64,000 bases of DNA, from sequence record PV754031.1. The stretch is one strand, 5' to 3'. The position numbers and the translations under genes were made by a program. Below the pieces are notes generated by a model. The model saw only the letters and a program-made list of their open reading frames with translations. It ran no database searches and had not been told where the DNA came from. How positions within the stretch are numbered: the first letter of the stretch is position 1; the number at the start of each line of letters is the position of its first letter. Below are positions 28,060 through 37,282 of the stretch, in pieces.

Positions 28060-28854
28060 ATGGTTAGTATTTATATTGTCATTATACTCATGGCTATGCT
28101 AGCTGCATTGACATGTGGTAATTTGGTAGATAGCTGGGTAAGGCCAGCTATTCTAAAGTGGTTAAATGATGATGTCGCTATTCATTTCACCAATGCTACC
28201 TGGATGGTTGGGGGGATCCCTAATAGTGTTCCAATGCAACTAGGTAAAGCTGTTTGGTTACCCAAATACGTGGGTGACGGAATACGTCTTTATATCACGG
28301 CTGATGAAATAAAATTTGGATGGAATGGTAAAGAAAAAGATGCTTTAGCACGAGCCATTGTTGAAGTTATCTTTATTGGTAAAAATCCAAATAGTAAACT
28401 TCTTGAAGTAAGTATTAAACCTATTTGGTTACACCCTTCTATCCAAAAAGAAAGTTTCTATTTAATGTTTGATTGGGAAAAGCTTTATACAAAAAATGAA
28501 GAGATGCGTATTTGTTGGAAGACAATACGTCACACTTTTTTCTATGGATTTCTAGGTTTGCTATTTGGCGGTAGTGCCAATGCAGATAACCTTGTATTAA
28601 CTGAACGTGGATGTGACCAATATGAAGCAATGGTGAGAACTATTGCATCTAAAGCTTATATTGGATTAGATCCAGTTATGGGTAGGGAATTCATTATTAA
28701 TGATCCTGATATGTTAAATGCCCGTGAGAAAGCACAACGTAATACCCGTATCATTATCGATATGGTGGAAACTGGACAAGAACCCAAAGACATTGCATTA
28801 TGGATGAATACTCAATGTAAACAAGAAGCAGTGTCAAATTTAATCAAACAGTGA
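28060..28854 (+). CDS. membrane protein fused in frame to a signal-peptide two-cysteine module
   Basis: N-terminal TM; internal MRICWK...GGSANA signal peptide from 28504; RGCDQY...TQCK. Confidence 0.75.
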   Translation: MVSIYIVIILMAMLAALTCGNLVDSWVRPAILKWLNDDVAIHFTNATWMVGGIPNSVPMQLGKAVWLPKYVGDGIRLYITADEIKFGWNGKEKDALARAIVEVIFIGKNPNSKLLEVSIKPIWLHPSIQKESFYLMFDWEKLYTKNEEMRICWKTIRHTFFYGFLGLLFGGSANADNLVLTERGCDQYEAMVRTIASKAYIGLDPVMGREFIINDPDMLNAREKAQRNTRIIIDMVETGQEPKDIALWMNTQCKQEAVSNLIKQ

Positions 28855-28867
28855 AAAAGGCATAGAT

Positions 28868-29251
28868 ATGAAAAGAAATTTTGAAGATGATCACGTGGTA
28901 ATGGCAGTGGAAGTATATGAGAAACTGAAAGAAGCTGCTGCTTATTCATTACACTCTTCTGAAATTAGTAAGATCGAACGACATATGCGTAAGTTTAATC
29001 GTGTTCAACGCGATAAACATATTGAAAATATGCGTATGGAAATGCTTGAGAAACGCGAGGCTATTAGAAAAGCAAAATCTTTCTTTTCTCAAAATGCCGG
29101 TAAAATTGGTTGCGTAGTAGATAGGCTTGTCAAAGTATGTGAAGTGTATAAAATGGATAAGTCTATGGTGGTTGTTGAGTTTCTCCAACATAAATCTAAA
29201 ATTAAAGTTCCAGTAAATCCTGAAAAAATTACTATTCTTACCATTAAATAA
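28868..29251 (+). CDS. hypothetical protein (coiled coil plus possible SH3-like C-terminus)
   Basis: Co-directional ORF; GKIGCVV...VVVEF...KVPVNPEKI. Confidence 0.75.
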   Translation: MKRNFEDDHVVMAVEVYEKLKEAAAYSLHSSEISKIERHMRKFNRVQRDKHIENMRMEMLEKREAIRKAKSFFSQNAGKIGCVVDRLVKVCEVYKMDKSMVVVEFLQHKSKIKVPVNPEKITILTIK

Positions 29252-29268
29252 ATGAAGAAGGATTTAAA

Positions 29269-29724
29269 ATGAAAAATGTAATTGCAGCAGCTTTCGCTGG
29301 TCTCATTGCCATTACCGGTATCATGTTCAATACCGCAATGGCTGAAATCAAGATTGGTAAAAAAGATGCTCAACTCACTGTGCAGTCGTGTGCAATGGTT
29401 GAAACCATTACTAAACAAGCTGTATTTCGAATGAGTGAAGGTCATAGCGCAGATGAAGTTGGTGTGCTTATGCTCAACAACTCTGCTAAACTCAAAGATG
29501 AGTTGGATACCAATAATTGGATTGCGTTAACATTCGTATTCAATAGTCTTAATAAAATCAATAATGACCTTAACAGTAAAGAGATCCATGATTATATCCG
29601 TAGTCAAGGTTACAATGTGACTACTCCTAATCTGGCAGCTTTTATCAGCGGGTATTATGGCAATTACTGCATGAAGCATATTGGTGAGAAATTCACTCAC
29701 ATGGTAATTGTTGAACTTATTTAA
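29269..29724 (+). CDS. periplasmic two-cysteine protein
   Basis: Signal peptide ...NTAMA; QSCAMV...NYCM. Confidence 0.8.
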   Translation: MKNVIAAAFAGLIAITGIMFNTAMAEIKIGKKDAQLTVQSCAMVETITKQAVFRMSEGHSADEVGVLMLNNSAKLKDELDTNNWIALTFVFNSLNKINNDLNSKEIHDYIRSQGYNVTTPNLAAFISGYYGNYCMKHIGEKFTHMVIVELI

Positions 29725-29756
29725 TTCATATCGAATACTTTCAAAAGGAAAATAGG

Positions 29757-30134
29757 ATGAAATACGTCTTCTCGCTCATTATCACTATGGTAGCAATGTC
29801 GGTTAATGCACAACCCGTAACCGTGTCATCTTGCTACGTGCTGCACAGCTTGGCAAAGAATATGGTTCAATTCTACACTAATGGCGGTGAGCCATTGGAG
29901 ATGTATGCAATACTGCAAGATGAACTATCCATTGCCATAGATAAAAACCAGAGTGATAAGGCACTCGCTATTAATATCGCATTGGATAATGTCGATGTAA
30001 TATACCAAAATCTCACTGATCCCGCACTTAAGCTTTTGGCAAAGAGCGAGGGAAGTGATCTTGGTGAGATGCTGACTGAAAAACTCAGTAATGGGTGTTT
30101 CAATATAGTCGGCGAGGAGTTGTATGATAACTAG
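29757..30134 (+). CDS. periplasmic two-cysteine protein
   Basis: Signal peptide ...MSVNA; SSCYVL...NGCF. Confidence 0.8.
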   Translation: MKYVFSLIITMVAMSVNAQPVTVSSCYVLHSLAKNMVQFYTNGGEPLEMYAILQDELSIAIDKNQSDKALAINIALDNVDVIYQNLTDPALKLLAKSEGSDLGEMLTEKLSNGCFNIVGEELYDN

Positions 30135-30363
30135 AATCATCCTAATTGTTGCATGGGTATGGGTAATCTCTCTTATGGGAATGATTACGTATGTTCTTTA
30201 TGATACGTATCAATTTCGTAAGAAATTAGAAATGCCTGTTGTAGAATGGGAAGATAAGGCGAAGGACACTCCTGTTAAGAAGTGTCCAGATGAAGTATTA
30301 TTCGCTGAAGACCCAAAGGATGGCAAACTCAAAATGGGATGCCCTGAGAGTTATAAGAAATAA
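30124..30363 (+). CDS. membrane-anchored protein with periplasmic Cys pair
   Basis: N-terminal TM; KKCP...MGCP. Confidence 0.75.
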   Translation: MITRIILIVAWVWVISLMGMITYVLYDTYQFRKKLEMPVVEWEDKAKDTPVKKCPDEVLFAEDPKDGKLKMGCPESYKK

Positions 30364-30365
30364 TT

Positions 30366-30385
30366 AGAGGACCTTCGGGTCCTCT
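30366..30385 (+). terminator. intrinsic terminator
   Basis: AGAGGACC-ttcg-GGTCCTCT followed by TTTT. Confidence 0.85.
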
Positions 30386-30445
30386 TTTTAACCGACTGGA
30401 CGGTTAAAACTAGGTGGGATAAATTAAACTATTTGAGGAAATCTA

Positions 30446-30553
30446 ATGCAACTTAGTAATGAACTTTTCTATGTGGGTATGGTAGCTGTATCAATGTCAA
30501 TCGGTATGCTATTTAGCTATATTTACCACACTCATAAGAAAAAATATAAATAA
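30446..30553 (+). CDS. 35-aa membrane peptide (not in track)
   Basis: [35 protein letters not shown]; GAGGA RBS. Confidence 0.6.
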   Translation: MQLSNELFYVGMVAVSMSIGMLFSYIYHTHKKKYK

Positions 30554-30562
30554 AGTCATAAA

Positions 30563-30582
30563 CCCTCTCCCAAAGGAGAGGG
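30563..30582 (+). terminator. intrinsic terminator
   Basis: CCCTCTCC-caaa-GGAGAGGG followed by CTTTT. Confidence 0.8.
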
Positions 30583-30585
30583 CTT

Positions 30586-30617
30586 TTACATTAAATTTTT
30601 TTTGAAATCTATATTAC
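30586..30617 (+). promoter_or_regulatory. early promoter
   Basis: ATTAAATTTTTTTTGAAATC-TATATTAC. Confidence 0.8.
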
Positions 30618-30656
30618 ACTAATACAACATTAAACTATTAAATAGGTAATTAAAAA

Positions 30657-31031
30657 ATGAATGAAAATATTAAACGCTCATTTATTGGTATGCCACTGTC
30701 TATCAATATTGGTAAAGATATTGATTTATCAATGTATGAACGAATTGTATTTGTATCACAAGTAGATAAAAATGATATAAAATACTTTGTTTATAAATTA
30801 AATAAATCCAAATTTAAACATGAACCAAATGTAGTTAATTACGCCGAAACAGATAAGGATATTATTATTTATCCCCCGCTTGATTTCATTCAGACAATTA
30901 ATGAATATTATCGAGTATCATTGGAAAATGAATTTATGTGTCATCCTGTTATTCTAAAAGCAGATGATAGTAATAATCAAGAAGTATTTTTGAAAACTAT
31001 TAAAATGGTACATGAGTATGTCGATGAATAA
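30657..31031 (+). CDS. hypothetical early protein
   Basis: AGGT RBS. Confidence 0.75.
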   Translation: MNENIKRSFIGMPLSINIGKDIDLSMYERIVFVSQVDKNDIKYFVYKLNKSKFKHEPNVVNYAETDKDIIIYPPLDFIQTINEYYRVSLENEFMCHPVILKADDSNNQEVFLKTIKMVHEYVDE

Positions 31032-31479
31032 CTGCGCATTTATTAATTTAAGGCAACGTTTAGTTAATGATAAACTAACCTATGTGATTCATCCCATAGT
31101 GAAGGTTTATGATTTCACTAGAAAGGCTATTAGACAATTAACTGATTTTGCTATTTTAGATAGTTATAACTTCCCAGAGGAAACTTCCAATATTAGTGTT
31201 CAGCCAACTATCACAGATGATACTAATAATAGAAATTCTTTGATACATCTTGGGGTTATAGAAGAGCCTGATTTTGGACCAACTAGATTATACGCCATCT
31301 TAGATAGAGAAATCAAAGATGATTCTAATCTAATTGAAACAACTGATGATGGCTGGTATACATTGGATGAGTTAATTCTAGTTGAAGACGATATGGATGA
31401 ATTCGCGCGACTTATTGTTCAGTACTTGCGAACTATTCCGAGGAAGCCACAATGGTTAACTTCGACAAAAGATGTTTAG
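31012..31479 (+). CDS. hypothetical protein
   Basis: Overlapping co-directional ORF. Confidence 0.75.
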   Translation: MSMSMNNCAFINLRQRLVNDKLTYVIHPIVKVYDFTRKAIRQLTDFAILDSYNFPEETSNISVQPTITDDTNNRNSLIHLGVIEEPDFGPTRLYAILDREIKDDSNLIETTDDGWYTLDELILVEDDMDEFARLIVQYLRTIPRKPQWLTSTKDV

Positions 31480-31682
31480 AAATAGAGCCTAATCAGTTAG
31501 GTTATGTATTTACAAAGATCGGTTGGGAAATATGTGTTACTATTGGCATACGACATATATGTGCTAAAACCTATTATACAGTGTATTCACTTAATGATAA
31601 ATGCATTTATTACATTGAGCATTCAGCGCAATTTACTAAACGCATAAAACCAAACTATATACAAAGGTTTCATGTTCTATGA
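31452..31682 (+). CDS. small hypothetical protein
   Basis: Fills the gap; stop overlaps the next ATG. Confidence 0.5.
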   Translation: MVNFDKRCLEIEPNQLGYVFTKIGWEICVTIGIRHICAKTYYTVYSLNDKCIYYIEHSAQFTKRIKPNYIQRFHVL

Positions 31683-32365
31683 TCAATACAACCGATAAAA
31701 CTATAGTTGGTATAGGATTTGAAACAAAGGTTTCAGATTCACCGATTGAACAACCTGTAAAGAAAACTAAGACTCCTAAGATAAATAAACAAAAAGAATG
31801 GGAGAAAGTAGATGATCCGAGAGAATATACAAAAGAGGAACAAACTTCTCTCTTTGTAAATTGGCTTCAAAGCACACGTAATTACTGGCATAAACAGTAT
31901 ACCGATACTCAAAATACAGATAAGGCACTATCTATCAGAGATATGCTTGATGGATTTATATATAGCATCGCAGCTGGCCTAGATGGCAATGATCCAAATA
32001 TACCCGGATTCAAACTTATACCTAATGTTACTCAAGAGGATATTGACTACCTAATAAGTATTGGTGAGAATTATTGGCCAGTAAACCCAGTTGAAAATTT
32101 AAAAGATAATATCCGTGCAAAGTGTGATGCAGTTGATATTTCTGGTAATCTACGTTATCAAGTTTCTAAGACATTTACGGAACCTTTCAAAGGACCACAT
32201 GCACTATTGAACCATTTCCTTAGTTTAGCAGGTGAGAAACCTGTTAAGTATTACTCGGGTAATTTTACGCAAGAGCAACTTGCTATGTTAGTAGAAAAAG
32301 CTAAAGAAAAAGCGGAAAAGATACAATCACAAATAGCTGATGATATCAGTCGAATAATGCGTTAA
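31679..32365 (+). CDS. hypothetical protein, paralogue of 32410
   Basis: LDGNDPNIPGFKLIP...DISGNLRY. Confidence 0.8.
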   Translation: MINTTDKTIVGIGFETKVSDSPIEQPVKKTKTPKINKQKEWEKVDDPREYTKEEQTSLFVNWLQSTRNYWHKQYTDTQNTDKALSIRDMLDGFIYSIAAGLDGNDPNIPGFKLIPNVTQEDIDYLISIGENYWPVNPVENLKDNIRAKCDAVDISGNLRYQVSKTFTEPFKGPHALLNHFLSLAGEKPVKYYSGNFTQEQLAMLVEKAKEKAEKIQSQIADDISRIMR

Positions 32366-32409
32366 TGAACTAATAAATTTATAAGCTACTGATAACAAGG
32401 TATGTAATT

Positions 32410-32784
32410 ATGATCTATTTTGAAGGCGATGGTAATGTTAAACCTGTAACACAGGAACAAGTTAAAGAACTATTTATTAGTAGTGTTGTCAATATGCGTG
32501 ATAATGCTATCAATAACTCTAAACTTGATCAATTTACAGAGCCAGCTGATCGGGACAGGGCTGTAGCAGATAGTGTCATTACAGGCATGCTAGATATACT
32601 AGATGGCAATAATGACGATTGCCCAGCGTTTCATTTAATTCCAGCAGTTGGTGAGGAAGAATATTTAGCGGCTGTAGAAGCAGGTGCTGATTATATCCCT
32701 TATGATGATGGTAGTGATAATTATCAACCATTAGATTTAGCTGGTGAACTACGAGATTATTTTATCTTTGTTAATAGGGGTTAA
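32410..32784 (+). CDS. hypothetical protein, paralogue of 31679
   Basis: LDGNNDDCPAFHLIP...DLAGELRD. Confidence 0.8.
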   Translation: MIYFEGDGNVKPVTQEQVKELFISSVVNMRDNAINNSKLDQFTEPADRDRAVADSVITGMLDILDGNNDDCPAFHLIPAVGEEEYLAAVEAGADYIPYDDGSDNYQPLDLAGELRDYFIFVNRG

Positions 32785-32786
32785 TA

Positions 32787-33221
32787 ATGGCTGATATAGT
32801 AATTGCACTAATCCTGTCAGCAATTATTGTTTATCTAATTAATATTTTTAAACACCCAAAAATAATTTATGCCAATAGTGTAAATGATAATGTCTTCATT
32901 GTTACTGGTTGCTCTTATATATCTGAAAATAATGAAGATGGTACATTAACAACTTTTTCACCTAAATTAAATAATAGGTTAATAATTGATTTAACTAAAG
33001 GTCAACCCAATAAAGACTTTTATATTTCAGTATTAGATAACACACTTAAATTCCATCACACTGTTGATGAAATCATCACAGCTAATAAATGGGAAGCTTT
33101 ATTTAAAATTAGCATAACCAAAGAGGATGTGTGTATCTCAGGAATGTCTCTTAAAAATAAACACATTAAATGTAATTTACACTGGGTTATAGTACCAGGT
33201 AAAATGGCGAATAAATTGTAA
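32787..33221 (+). CDS. membrane-anchored hypothetical protein
   Basis: N-terminal TM IVIALILSAIIVYLI. Confidence 0.75.
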   Translation: MADIVIALILSAIIVYLINIFKHPKIIYANSVNDNVFIVTGCSYISENNEDGTLTTFSPKLNNRLIIDLTKGQPNKDFYISVLDNTLKFHHTVDEIITANKWEALFKISITKEDVCISGMSLKNKHIKCNLHWVIVPGKMANKL

Positions 33222-33234
33222 TAGTTATTATATT

Positions 33235-33255
33235 GCCCTCCCATTGCGGGAGGGC
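33235..33255 (+). terminator. intrinsic terminator
   Basis: GCCCTCCC-attgc-GGGAGGGC followed by TTATATTTT. Confidence 0.8.
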
Positions 33256-33266
33256 TTATATTTTAT

Positions 33267-33302
33267 TTTTTTGTATTTAAAGCATTTTAAACAGTATATT
33301 AC
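33267..33302 (+). promoter_or_regulatory. early promoter
   Basis: TTTTTTGTATTTAAAGCATTTTAAACAG-TATATTAC. Confidence 0.8.
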
Positions 33303-33345
33303 AAATGTGATAAAACTATCTAAATTTCAAATAGGTAAATCAATT

Positions 33346-33705
33346 ATGTTGGATTATGCTTTGGAAAAGTGTCGCGAGATCCCTTATGTAAAACATCGTC
33401 AACGTGTTTATTCAGTCATTACTGATAAGCGTGGCAGGATTATTAGTGAAAGCCAAAATATGTATGGTAAAACACATCCTGTTCAGAAACGTTATTCTCT
33501 AAAAGCAGGATTGTCTGATCTACGTTGTGAGATGCATAGTGAGTTGCGTTCTATCATCCTCTCCAAAGGAAAAGGATATAGGATCTATGTTGCGCGGGTC
33601 GGTGCTGATGGCAGGCCATTGGATGCGTATCCGTGCCCCACTTGTCAGATGGCAATTAATGACCATGGTAAATTAAAAGAGGTAATTGTATCTATTGGTA
33701 AATAA
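33346..33705 (+). CDS. cytidine/deoxycytidylate deaminase-fold Zn protein
   Basis: MHSE (HxE) and AYPCPTC (PCxxC) motifs, IYVAR strand; ATG 33346 preferred over track start 33244. Confidence 0.8.
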   Translation: MLDYALEKCREIPYVKHRQRVYSVITDKRGRIISESQNMYGKTHPVQKRYSLKAGLSDLRCEMHSELRSIILSKGKGYRIYVARVGADGRPLDAYPCPTCQMAINDHGKLKEVIVSIGK

Positions 33706-33758
33706 TAAACCATCAAAACGCGTATTAAAATTTATTTAACTCACGGGGAACTGATACG

Positions 33759-34103
33759 ATGACTCTTGGTATTTCAAAATCTCTTTTGGAAAATGCAATC
33801 AAAACTCTTCAAATAGAAACTGGCAATTGCTCTATTCCGACCAAAAATGAAATTCATGCAATGTTGGTTGAACGGCAAGCCAATGAAGTCTGTGCGGGTA
33901 TTCGGAGAAAGATGCTTGAAGACCTACCTGGTTTCAACAACTTCCATTTTATTCGCAGTTATGAAATTGTTGTCGAACATAAGGATGAAATTGCTCCATC
34001 TGTAATGAAGGTTGTTAAAGCACGATTGCGTGAAGCGGGCTGGAAAAAAGTCGAGTTCGGTGAGCACGATTGCGGTATTACAAAGATTAGGATTAAGCTA
34101 TGA
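33759..34103 (+). CDS. hypothetical protein
   Basis: Co-directional ORF. Confidence 0.8.
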   Translation: MTLGISKSLLENAIKTLQIETGNCSIPTKNEIHAMLVERQANEVCAGIRRKMLEDLPGFNNFHFIRSYEIVVEHKDEIAPSVMKVVKARLREAGWKKVEFGEHDCGITKIRIKL

Positions 34104-34522
34104 AAAATACACGCTTAGTTGAAGTTGCTGAACATGCATATTGCCTGATTGGTGGACTTCCTAAACCAGAAGAAATGGATGAAGCAGAAAAAGAGTATTG
34201 GGCATCTGTACCAAGTGAGGATATTAAATTAGCTTCATATTGGAAAATGGTTCAACCACCACTATATGCCCTAGTGATGAAATATAGTGGAATTGATTAC
34301 GAAAGATTTTATCCTTATCCTGGTGGTCCTTCTCTTAACACTGACGAGCTAAAGACTTTCAGGCTCAATGATATCGATGAAGGTGCGCTTATTTGGCGTG
34401 ATGTCTGCATTACTTGGTATAAACGACCAGGACGGTGTATGTGTGTTTCACGCGACATCGCAGATGATGAACTCGTGCAACTTGAACAGGAACTCATTAA
34501 AGCTATCGCAAAACCGAAATAA
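34100..34522 (+). CDS. hypothetical protein
   Basis: ATGA overlap. Confidence 0.8.
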   Translation: MKNTRLVEVAEHAYCLIGGLPKPEEMDEAEKEYWASVPSEDIKLASYWKMVQPPLYALVMKYSGIDYERFYPYPGGPSLNTDELKTFRLNDIDEGALIWRDVCITWYKRPGRCMCVSRDIADDELVQLEQELIKAIAKPK

Positions 34523-34573
34523 CTTATAAAAGAAGTTTAACAGATTTTTAATCCAACTAAAAGGAAATTGTAA

Positions 34574-34807
34574 ATGCAACATGTAACTGTAAAAACTATG
34601 AACTCTGGACTGAAAGTCATTGATCTGGATGGTATCCGACTCAAAGACAAAAATATTATCCAGCTACGTTCTATTATGAATCACGATGCAGCAAAGCAAT
34701 CGTCAGCTTTTATGCATCACGATAGCCAGTTCAATAATGTACGTATTGAATTTTGGCGCGAACCATCAGCGCGAATTATCTCGCTGATTAAAGATGCGGT
34801 CGCATGA
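34574..34807 (+). CDS. small hypothetical protein
   Basis: AAGGA RBS. Confidence 0.75.
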   Translation: MQHVTVKTMNSGLKVIDLDGIRLKDKNIIQLRSIMNHDAAKQSSAFMHHDSQFNNVRIEFWREPSARIISLIKDAVA

Positions 34808-34834
34808 CCGCTTTCTTTTAAGAAGGTAACTAAT

Positions 34835-35113
34835 ATGTCTATCTCTGATGTAGTATATGAAGCCGCTGTCAAAAGTGGTGTTAGTCTTGAACACCTTGGT
34901 AAAGAAGAGCCTATTCTAAAAATTCGCTCTGTTAAAGAAAGTGATGGATGGGATATCATCCTCTATTATCCTGGTAAGATTACCAAGACTGTGAAACTAC
35001 TATCAAGCGATGTAGCTGGGTCAGATGCATCAAAGTTTATTGAACATGTATTTGGAGATGTTCAATTTGCTAAAGAAGCAGTACGCAATGCTGAAGGCAT
35101 TGTAATAAAATAA
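34835..35113 (+). CDS. small hypothetical protein
   Basis: AAGGT RBS. Confidence 0.75.
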   Translation: MSISDVVYEAAVKSGVSLEHLGKEEPILKIRSVKESDGWDIILYYPGKITKTVKLLSSDVAGSDASKFIEHVFGDVQFAKEAVRNAEGIVIK

Positions 35114-35139
35114 TCAATCTGGAAAAAAAGGAAATATAA

Positions 35140-35559
35140 ATGTATATTGATGAAAAGTACTGGGCTCATTCTGTAAAAGCTATGGATAACAAACATCCAG
35201 TTTTGATGAATGTGCATGGTCTTCATTGGTGTTCACCGTCTTTGGTTAATTGGAGCCTAACTGCCGTCAAACGCGATGGATCACTTTCATCAAAAGAAGT
35301 GTTTGATATCACTAGCAAATATGCCAGCCATCTCATTGATCATGAAGTTAAAATCGTTAATGATCAATTGGTCTACCTGATCAAAAATAATCTGATTAGT
35401 GGTATCACTGAGCTTGATGATGGTTTCTTTGTATTTGCAAATATTGACGGTGAATCATGGTCCATGCATGTTGTAATTGAATGCTTGATGGAACATGAAG
35501 AAGATTGGGAAAAACTCGCTGCCGTTAAGTACAATGAGTTGACCATTTCTGCATTCTAA
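35140..35559 (+). CDS. hypothetical protein
   Basis: AAGGA RBS. Confidence 0.8.
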   Translation: MYIDEKYWAHSVKAMDNKHPVLMNVHGLHWCSPSLVNWSLTAVKRDGSLSSKEVFDITSKYASHLIDHEVKIVNDQLVYLIKNNLISGITELDDGFFVFANIDGESWSMHVVIECLMEHEEDWEKLAAVKYNELTISAF

Positions 35560-35573
35560 TTAATTATGAAAAT

Positions 35574-35591
35574 GGGGGTCTTTAGACCCCC
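35574..35591 (+). terminator. probable terminator hairpin
   Basis: GGGGGTC-ttta-GACCCCC. Confidence 0.6.
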
Positions 35592-35637
35592 TATCTATTT
35601 AATAGAATGAAACTAATCTTAATAATGGTGAATACTA

Positions 35638-35934
35638 ATGAATAAATATTACCATTTGAAGAAACAGAAGGATGCTACATGGACAATTGAATTTCTAGGA
35701 AAGATGCGTAATTTTAAATTCAACCATGTAACTAAAAATAAAAATAGTTGGGTTAGCATGGGTATTGAAGGTTATCCAGCACTTAAATTTAACTGTGATG
35801 GATTTGGTAGATTAGAAAGTATTCAACCCATTGATGATGATTTAACCATCGATGAAATATTTATTCCACGTAAACATTCTGTTTCACAGTGTATCGATAT
35901 AACAACACTTTATATGGGTGGTCAATGTGACTGA
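35638..35934 (+). CDS. hypothetical protein
   Basis: Co-directional ORF. Confidence 0.7.
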   Translation: MNKYYHLKKQKDATWTIEFLGKMRNFKFNHVTKNKNSWVSMGIEGYPALKFNCDGFGRLESIQPIDDDLTIDEIFIPRKHSVSQCIDITTLYMGGQCD

Positions 35935-36364
35935 GATAATATTAGTTATTTTATCATTGTTTGTTCTTTCAGTCATAACCGGCTATTGTATAACCCGGTT
36001 AGAGAAAACCGAAGATATAGCCTATTATGTTAAATCAATTACGTATTACTTAGGTGAACCCGGTGATACATTTTTTAATAGTGAACCCAAGGTAATACAG
36101 CTGGATAACCCTGTAAAACTAGTTTTCACTAATGAACCAGTTCAAATAAAAACACTTTATTTAGACCTAGATAAGAAAGAATTATATCTTAATCACCCCG
36201 AACATGCTTGTATTGTAATGCGTGTTATTTTCTTTTTAAATTATCATAACCAGAAAAAACTCATCGGTTATTCAGATGAGTACTATCATGACAATGAGTA
36301 TGTTGATAGTGAGTTTGATATGGTCATAAAGAAAATTAGTGTAGAATGCTATAAAGGTTTATAA
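35918..36364 (+). CDS. membrane-anchored hypothetical protein
   Basis: N-terminal TM IILVILSLFVLSVITGY. Confidence 0.75.
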   Translation: MVNVTEIILVILSLFVLSVITGYCITRLEKTEDIAYYVKSITYYLGEPGDTFFNSEPKVIQLDNPVKLVFTNEPVQIKTLYLDLDKKELYLNHPEHACIVMRVIFFLNYHNQKKLIGYSDEYYHDNEYVDSEFDMVIKKISVECYKGL

Positions 36365-36400
36365 TGGTCAATTTTATAGACCATCAATTAGGAGTTAATA

Positions 36401-36832
36401 ATGAGTGTTCTACAACCGCTAGGAAGTTTCCCAGTATATAAGAAAACTAATGGTGAAACTCGATTTCTATTAGACCATGATGTTGCTATCAGTATGGTTA
36501 CAACTGAGCAAGGTAGTTTTATGACAGCCCCATTAAAAACAGATGGGGTAGAGTTTAATCTATCTGAAGTCTTTGGTGATTATAAAAAATTCGATAATGT
36601 GATTGTAGATAAACTCTACTATCGTGATTTATCTGGTAAAATGCAGTCTAAAAAAGTACCAACTATCCCACAGCTTTATAAAGACATGACTGTATTTAAA
36701 AGTGGGTATACCACTAAAATAAATAACCTTCGCTGGGGTTATTGTGTAACTATTAAAAATGATGGTACAGCTAAAATTTGGACAGATTCAAATAGTCCTA
36801 TTTGTGGTGTGTCAATTCGTTTCACAATGTAA
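36401..36832 (+). CDS. hypothetical protein
   Basis: AGGAG RBS. Confidence 0.8.
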   Translation: MSVLQPLGSFPVYKKTNGETRFLLDHDVAISMVTTEQGSFMTAPLKTDGVEFNLSEVFGDYKKFDNVIVDKLYYRDLSGKMQSKKVPTIPQLYKDMTVFKSGYTTKINNLRWGYCVTIKNDGTAKIWTDSNSPICGVSIRFTM

Positions 36833-36842
36833 CGTCATAATG

Positions 36843-36864
36843 GCCTCCCTTCGGGGAGGCTTTT
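36843..36864 (+). terminator. intrinsic terminator
   Basis: GCCTCCC-ttcg-GGGAGGC followed by TTTT. Confidence 0.85.
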
Positions 36865-36894
36865 ATATCCCTTTATATAAACAGGCATATTCAA

Positions 36895-37197
36895 ATGAAA
36901 ATGAATAATAAGGTAATTGACTCGGCGTCGTATATGTTGGATAATACTGATAAATTCATAAGTGCTGTTTTCTCTGGTGAAGATCGATACATCGATGCAT
37001 GTGCTGGTCTAGTTGTAGCACATGGGGATAAAACTGAACAGTATCGTTATATCTGGGAAGAAGCTGGACTGGACTTTAATAAAGCCCAGGTAATATATTT
37101 TCTAACGTACACCAAGTTACTAGGTGATACTCCTAAACATATGTCATGCCAATGGGTTATCGATAACTATAATAAATATAGCAAACTATTGCCTTAA
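36895..37197 (+). CDS. hypothetical protein
   Basis: Co-directional ORF. Confidence 0.75.
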   Translation: MKMNNKVIDSASYMLDNTDKFISAVFSGEDRYIDACAGLVVAHGDKTEQYRYIWEEAGLDFNKAQVIYFLTYTKLLGDTPKHMSCQWVIDNYNKYSKLLP

Positions 37198-37282
37198 TAC
37201 GGGGTAATAGTTTATTATAATAAAATTTAAAGTTATATAACAACTATACCAAATAAAATAAATATTATCTGAGGTATCACAA

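Noticed and set aside
33244-33345. Track start of the deaminase ORF at 33244
   Set aside because: This extension runs through the terminator and early promoter; ATG 33346 has a proper RBS
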